From an uncultured Chloroflexia bacterium (GTDB lineage: Bacteria > Chloroflexota > Limnocylindria > Limnocylindrales > CSP1-4), in NCBI GenBank assembly GCA_963823925.1, contig CAWGNI010000002.1:153292-217291 (forward strand): DNA of 64,000 nucleotides, read 5' to 3'. The notes beneath the pieces are model-generated. The model was given only the letters and a program-made list of their open reading frames with translations. It made no database searches and had not been told where the DNA came from. The position numbers and the translations under genes were made by a program. Positions 59,464 through 64,000 of this stretch are shown here, piece after piece (position 1 is the first letter of the stretch; each line of letters begins with the position of its first letter).

Positions 59464-60702
59464 TCGTGACGGATCGGGTCGATCGGGCGGATCTCGTGGT
59501 CGTCGGGGCCGGGACGATCGGAGGATGGGCGTCGGTCTTCGCCCAGGCGGGCGGCGTCGGACGGGTCATCGTGGTCGAGCAGGGGACCGTCGGCAGCGGC
59601 GCCTCCTCGCGCGCCGCCGGCATCGTGCGCGCCCAGGGCGGGACCCCGGCGGCCGTCGCCCTCGGGCGCTGGTCGATCGATTTCTACAACGGCCAATCCG
59701 CAGCCTACGGCACCGACTCGGGGTTCCGCGAGCTCGGGTACCTGATCCTCGCCGTCACCGAGGACGATGAGACGGCCGGGCACGCACGGGTCGCCATGCA
59801 GCGGGCGCATCGGGCTCGATGTCAGCTGGCTCGGCCCGGCCGAGGCCGCCGCGCTCGCGGGAACGCTGGCCCCGACGGGTCACCGCGGCGGCAGCTTCAT
59901 CGCCACCGATGGAGCGATCGATCCGCCGCGCAACGTGCTCGCCTACTCGCTGACGATGCAGGCAACCGGGGTCAGCCTGCGGGAACGGACCCGGTTCACC
60001 GGGTTGCGGACCGAGGTGTCACCGGGCGGTGGCCGGCGCGTCGTCGCCGTCGAGACGGATGCCGGGATCATCGAGACGCCACGCGTCCTCCTCACGGGCG
60101 GTCCGAGTCTCCGGGCAGTGGGTCGGCTTGCCGGGGTCGATATCCCCACCGGCGCCGTCCGCCATACCGTCGCGGTCCTTGAGCCGCACCCGGCGTTCGA
60201 TCTCCCCCGGGCGCCGATGGTCTTCGACATCGGGGCCGGTCTGTACTGGCGACTCGAGGAGGGTGGGCTCCTGTTCGGCTGGAGCGATCCGGACGACCGG
60301 CCGGGACCGGCCCGGATGATCGACTGGACGTACTACGACGCGATGCGTGCTCGCCTCGGCAGCCTCGTCCCCGTGACCACCGAGCTGGGGCTGCGCCGGA
60401 TCTGGACGGCGACCATCGACTACACGCCGGATCACCTGCCGATCGTCGGGCCCGCCCTCGCGCGTGGCGGTACGCCCATCGAGGGGGTCACCGTCGCCTC
60501 GGCCGGGGGTCACGGGATGATGTGGGGCCCGGGCGTCGCCCGAGTGGCCGCCGATCTCATCGTCGACGGTGAGACGGCGTTGATCGATGCGTCCGAGCTC
60601 GGCCTCGACCGCTTCGACGCCGACGGCCGGAGCCGGCTCGCGACCGACCCGATCGCCCTGCCCTTCCCGGAGACCTCGCCGGGGTCGGAAGCGAGCGACT
60701 AG
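59464..60702 (+). CDS. FAD-dependent oxidoreductase (DAO family; glycine/sarcosine/glycerol-3-phosphate oxidase-like); frameshifted near 59806
   Basis: Dinucleotide motif DLVVVGAGTIGG...VIVVEQG and the N-terminal third are in one frame. The remainder (LGIDVSWLGPAEAAAL...GGHGMMWGPGVARVAADLIV) is in the next frame. Confidence 0.6.
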
Positions 60703-60708
60703 CCGGCG

Positions 60709-61197
60709 TCAGCCCTTCGGAGCGAGGAGATCGGGGGGCAGGAGCCAGCGCAGGGTCCCGAGGCCGTCGACGAGCGGCCGATCGACGTCGATCCGCGCGA
60801 GCGCGCCCTTTCGCATCGGGATCGCAGCCGCGCCGCACAACCGCGTGACGATGTCGCTGAAGTCCGGATCGTGTCCGACGATGACCGGTCGGGTGGGATC
60901 GCCGGCGTCGCGCAGCACGGCTTCGAGCGACTCGAGATCGAACCCTTCGCCCAGCCGCGGGTCGATCGTGACGGAACGACCCAGATGGCTGGCCACGGAG
61001 GCAGCGGTCTGCGCCGCCCGCACCTTGGGCGAGGTGATGATCGCATCCGGCGCGAAGTGGATGCTGGCGAGGAATCGGCCGAGCCGCTCGGCCTGGCGCT
61101 CACCCTTGGCTGACAGTGGTCGGTCGGCGTCGAGCCCGGTCCACGCCGCAGAGTCGCCGGCATGCGCGTGGCGGAGGACGTACAGCTCGGTCACCAC
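60709..61197 (-). CDS. sixA: histidine phosphatase family protein (SixA-like phosphohistidine phosphatase)
   Basis: RHG motif (LYVLRHAHAG) and a conserved H in VIVGHDPDFSD. Confidence 0.7.
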   Translation of the reverse strand: MVTELYVLRHAHAGDSAAWTGLDADRPLSAKGERQAERLGRFLASIHFAPDAIITSPKVRAAQTAASVASHLGRSVTIDPRLGEGFDLESLEAVLRDAGDPTRPVIVGHDPDFSDIVTRLCGAAAIPMRKGALARIDVDRPLVDGLGTLRWLLPPDLLAPKG

Positions 61198-61210
61198 GGG
61201 AACATGATCC

Positions 61211-61936
61211 TCATGGATTGAGATCCTCCACGTCTCCGGTCACCAGGTAGACGACGTCCTCGGCGATGTTGGTCGCGCGATCGCCGATTCGCTCGAGGTA
61301 GTGCGAGGCGATGATGATCCGCGTGCCGCGCTCGACGTTGGCCGGATCGGCTCGCATCAGCTCGACGACCTCGTCGAATGTCGAGTGGTACAGCCGGTCG
61401 ATCTCGTCGTCTTCGATGGCGATCTCGCGTGCCTTCACGGCGTCCGAGTCGACCAGGGCAAGGAGGACGCCATGGACGAGGACGGCCGCTCGCTCGGCCA
61501 TCTCCGGCAGGTGGACGTAGCGCTGGAGCGGCGGCTCGGGGGCGAGCTTGATGACCGCCTTCGCGACCGAGGCCGCGTGGTCCGCGATCCGTTCGAGTTC
61601 ATAGGTCACGTGGTCGAGGGTCAACAGGTAGCGCAGGTCGCGGGCGACCGGCTGCTGGGTTGCGATCGTCACGGAGATCAGCCGCGACACGCCTCGCTGC
61701 GCCTCGTTGATGATGGCGTCGCCCTTGACCACATCCAGGGCCAGGGCGGCATCGTGGTCCACCAGCGATCGACTTGCCTCGCGGATCGCCGCCTCGACGA
61801 GCGCGCCCATGCGAAGCACGGCGTCCCGGATGAGCTGTTCTTCGCGGTCGAGGGTCTCTCTGGGCGTCGTGGACAGGGCACCGCGGATGTCGTCGGTCGA
61901 CTCATCGTTGATCAGGTCGTTGATCTGTCGGTCCAT
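61211..61936 (-). CDS. phoU: phosphate signaling complex protein PhoU
   Basis: Two PhoU repeats each with E(x)2D..ERIGD-like motifs (ELERIADHA, YLERIGDRA). Confidence 0.85.
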   Translation of the reverse strand: MDRQINDLINDESTDDIRGALSTTPRETLDREEQLIRDAVLRMGALVEAAIREASRSLVDHDAALALDVVKGDAIINEAQRGVSRLISVTIATQQPVARDLRYLLTLDHVTYELERIADHAASVAKAVIKLAPEPPLQRYVHLPEMAERAAVLVHGVLLALVDSDAVKAREIAIEDDEIDRLYHSTFDEVVELMRADPANVERGTRIIIASHYLERIGDRATNIAEDVVYLVTGDVEDLNP

Positions 61937-61983
61937 GATCGTCTCCCCGGGCTGTCGTCAGTCGCGCATCGGTGGCTGCCCGA

Positions 61984-62913
61984 TCAGCCGAACCGACCGG
62001 ATACGTAGTCCTCGGTCAGTTGCTGCTTCGGGTTGGTGAAGATCGTGGTCGTCTCGTCCATCTCGACGAGAATGCCCGCACGGTCCTCACCCATCGTGAA
62101 GAACGCGGTGTAGTCGCTGATCCGCGACGCCTGCTGCATATTGTGGGTGACGATGACGATCGTGTAATTGGCACGCAGCTCAGCCATGAGTTCCTCGATC
62201 CGAAGTGTTGCCACGGGATCGAGCGCCGAAGCCGGTTCGTCCATCAGGATGACCTCAGGATCGACCGCCAGGGCCCGCGCGATACACAGCCGCTGTTGCT
62301 GGCCGCCGGACAACGATGTGCCACCCTGCTTGAGCTTGTCCTTGACCTCGTCCCACAGTGCTGCGCGCTGGAGCGACCGCTCGACGACCTCGTCGAAGTC
62401 GGTCCCCTTCGGGCGGCCGGTCAGCTTCAGGCCCGCGATCACGTTGTCATAGATCGACATCGTCGGGAAGGGGTTCGGGCGTTGGAAGACCATGCCGACG
62501 ACCCGGCGCAGGGCGACCGGGTCGACCTCCGGAGCGTAGATGTCCTCGTCGTCGAGGCGGACCGAGCCCTCGACTCGAGTATTCGGCGTGAGCTCGTGCA
62601 TCCGGTTGAGCGTTCGCAGGAAGGTGCTCTTGCCACAGCCCGACGGGCCGATGATCGCGGTGATCGCGTGGGGCTTGATCATCAGGTCGACCTCGCGGAC
62701 GGCCCGGAAGGCACCGTAGTAGACGTTGAGGTCCTTGACGTCGATGCGACCCGACATCGCAGCTGCCGCGCCAGTCGCGGCAGCCGTAGAAGGCGTCGAA
62801 GGCGTCGCGGAGGTCGAGGCCTCCGATCCGGCGGGCGGGAGGCCGTCGGTCGAGCCGGGATCCCGGACTGGGGCAGGCTGGAGCTCGGTCGTCATCGGTT
62901 CACGATCCTTCAT
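61984..62913 (-). CDS. pstB: phosphate ABC transporter ATP-binding protein PstB (with N-terminal S/T/A-rich extension)
   Basis: Walker [10 protein letters not shown], signature LSGGQQQR and Walker [12 protein letters not shown]. The true start is possibly the internal [10 protein letters not shown]. Confidence 0.85.
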   Translation of the reverse strand: MKDREPMTTELQPAPVRDPGSTDGLPPAGSEASTSATPSTPSTAAATGAAAAMSGRIDVKDLNVYYGAFRAVREVDLMIKPHAITAIIGPSGCGKSTFLRTLNRMHELTPNTRVEGSVRLDDEDIYAPEVDPVALRRVVGMVFQRPNPFPTMSIYDNVIAGLKLTGRPKGTDFDEVVERSLQRAALWDEVKDKLKQGGTSLSGGQQQRLCIARALAVDPEVILMDEPASALDPVATLRIEELMAELRANYTIVIVTHNMQQASRISDYTAFFTMGEDRAGILVEMDETTTIFTNPKQQLTEDYVSGRFG

Positions 62914-63794
62914 AGTGCCCGTCGCCCCGAGGTACGAGCCCGGACGAGGATATTCACGGCGAGAACGAACATCAAGAGCAGGAAGGCCGCGCCCCAGGCC
63001 TGCTGGTTCTGGAGCTCGTACGGCTGACGGGCGTTGGTGTAGATGAACAACGGCAGGGCATCCATCGGCTTCGAGAAGTCCCCGACGTTCGTCAGCCGGC
63101 TACCAAGGGCGGTGAAGAGGAGGGGCGCCGTTTCACCCGCTGCTCGTGCGACCGCGAGCATGATCCCGGTCAGGATCCCCGGAAGACCAGTCCGGATGAC
63201 GACCGACAGGACCGTCCGCCAGGTCGGGATACCGAGAGCAAGGGAGGCTTCGCGGAGCGCCCCCGGGACGAGCTTCAGGATCTCCTCGGTCGTCCGCATG
63301 ATCACCGGGACCATGATCACGGCCAGGGCGACGCTGCCGGCGAATGCGTTGTACTGCTTGAACGGCAGGACGAGGATCGTGAACACGAAGATGCCGACCA
63401 GGATCGACGGGACGCCGACGAGGACGTCGGCCGAGAACCGGATGCCGCGGGCGGCCCTGGTGGTGCTGAACTCGTTGACGTAGACACCAGCGAGGACACC
63501 GAACGGGATCGCCATCAGTGTGGCCAGGCCGACCATCTGGATCGATCCGAGGATCGCCGGTAGCGCCCCACCATTGATGCCCTGGGCTCGGGGTGGTCTG
63601 GTGATGAGGTCGAGGTTCAGTGCCGCGAGGCCGTTCAGGGTCACGAAGATGAGCACGGCGGCGAGCGGGATCACGCACAACACGGTCGCTACGCCGGCGA
63701 TCCCGCGCATCATCCGGTCCATCCACATCCGGCGTGCGGCCGCCCGGGTCCCGGTCAGGCGGGCCGTGCGAACGGCAGGCGTCGCGGCCGTCAT
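62910..63794 (-). CDS. pstA: phosphate ABC transporter permease PstA
   Basis: Six-TM permease with an EAA motif region ([19 protein letters not shown]). Its start overlaps the pstC stop (ATGA). Confidence 0.85.
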   Translation of the reverse strand: MTAATPAVRTARLTGTRAAARRMWMDRMMRGIAGVATVLCVIPLAAVLIFVTLNGLAALNLDLITRPPRAQGINGGALPAILGSIQMVGLATLMAIPFGVLAGVYVNEFSTTRAARGIRFSADVLVGVPSILVGIFVFTILVLPFKQYNAFAGSVALAVIMVPVIMRTTEEILKLVPGALREASLALGIPTWRTVLSVVIRTGLPGILTGIMLAVARAAGETAPLLFTALGSRLTNVGDFSKPMDALPLFIYTNARQPYELQNQQAWGAAFLLLMFVLAVNILVRARTSGRRAL

Positions 63795-64000
63795 CGCTGG
63801 CCCCCGGTCGGGCCGGCGACGCGCCACACCAGGAGGCGGGCGATGATGTTCATCACGACGGTCATGACCAGGAGGACGAGGCCGAGCGCGATGAGGCTGG
63901 ACTGCTGGATCCCGACCGAGGCTTCGCTGAATGTCGTCGCGATCTTCGACGCGATGGTCTGGGTCTGGTCGAAGAGCGTGGTCGGGATGGCGTCCTTGTT
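63791..64000 (-). CDS. pstC: phosphate ABC transporter permease PstC (3' part only; the gene continues beyond the window end)
   Basis: The reverse-strand translation of the last 210 nt gives ...[35 protein letters not shown]-stop, a PstC-type C-terminus. Confidence 0.65.
   Translation of the reverse strand, partial: NKDAIPTTLFDQTQTIASKIATTFSEASVGIQQSSLIALGLVLLVMTVVMNIIARLLVWRVAGPTGGQR

Overview
This is a high-GC (about 70%) window that looks like a chromosomal region from an actinobacterium (Actinomycetota). I base that on F420/LLM genes, a suf locus with an embedded Rieske gene, a C-terminally extended Lgt, and MtrA/RegX3-like and SenX3-like two-component proteins. It is densely coding on both strands. 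I found no rRNA, tRNA, CRISPR array, transposase or integrase.

Gene content in order:
- Lipid and envelope genes: cardiolipin synthase, a holin-like/alkaline-phosphatase-superfamily fusion, and SHOCT and DUF1269 proteins.
- A truncated suf locus: sufB, sufD and a Rieske ferredoxin gene, with no sufC, sufS or sufU.
- Ornithine cyclodeaminase, a rubrerythrin-VIT1 iron transporter, lgt and plsC.
- Reverse transsulfuration genes (CBS and cystathionine gamma-lyase family) with a GNAT gene between them, then pckA and mdh.
- A large reductive pyrimidine catabolism neighbourhood (about 21.0-41.8 kb). It contains mmsA, a decayed mmuM, dihydropyrimidinase, an F420-type LLM oxidoreductase, beta-ureidopropionase, a class III aminotransferase, and a NitT/TauT-type ABC transporter. 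It also contains a translationally coupled pair: pyruvate:ferredoxin oxidoreductase (PFOR) plus a dihydroorotate-dehydrogenase-like protein. No canonical dihydropyrimidine dehydrogenase is present. The F420-LLM enzyme or the PFOR/DHOD-like pair are candidate replacements.
- A phosphate-homeostasis neighbourhood: pitA-DUF47, an OmpR-type response regulator, a PhoR/SenX3-like kinase, EEP, GDPD, sixA, and phoU-pstB-pstA-pstC.
- Housekeeping genes: upp, gltX, proS and a DtxR-family regulator.

Many genes (at least 9) carry single-nucleotide indel frameshifts. mmuM alone carries three. This reflects either consensus errors in the assembly or real pseudogenisation. I cannot tell which from the sequence alone.
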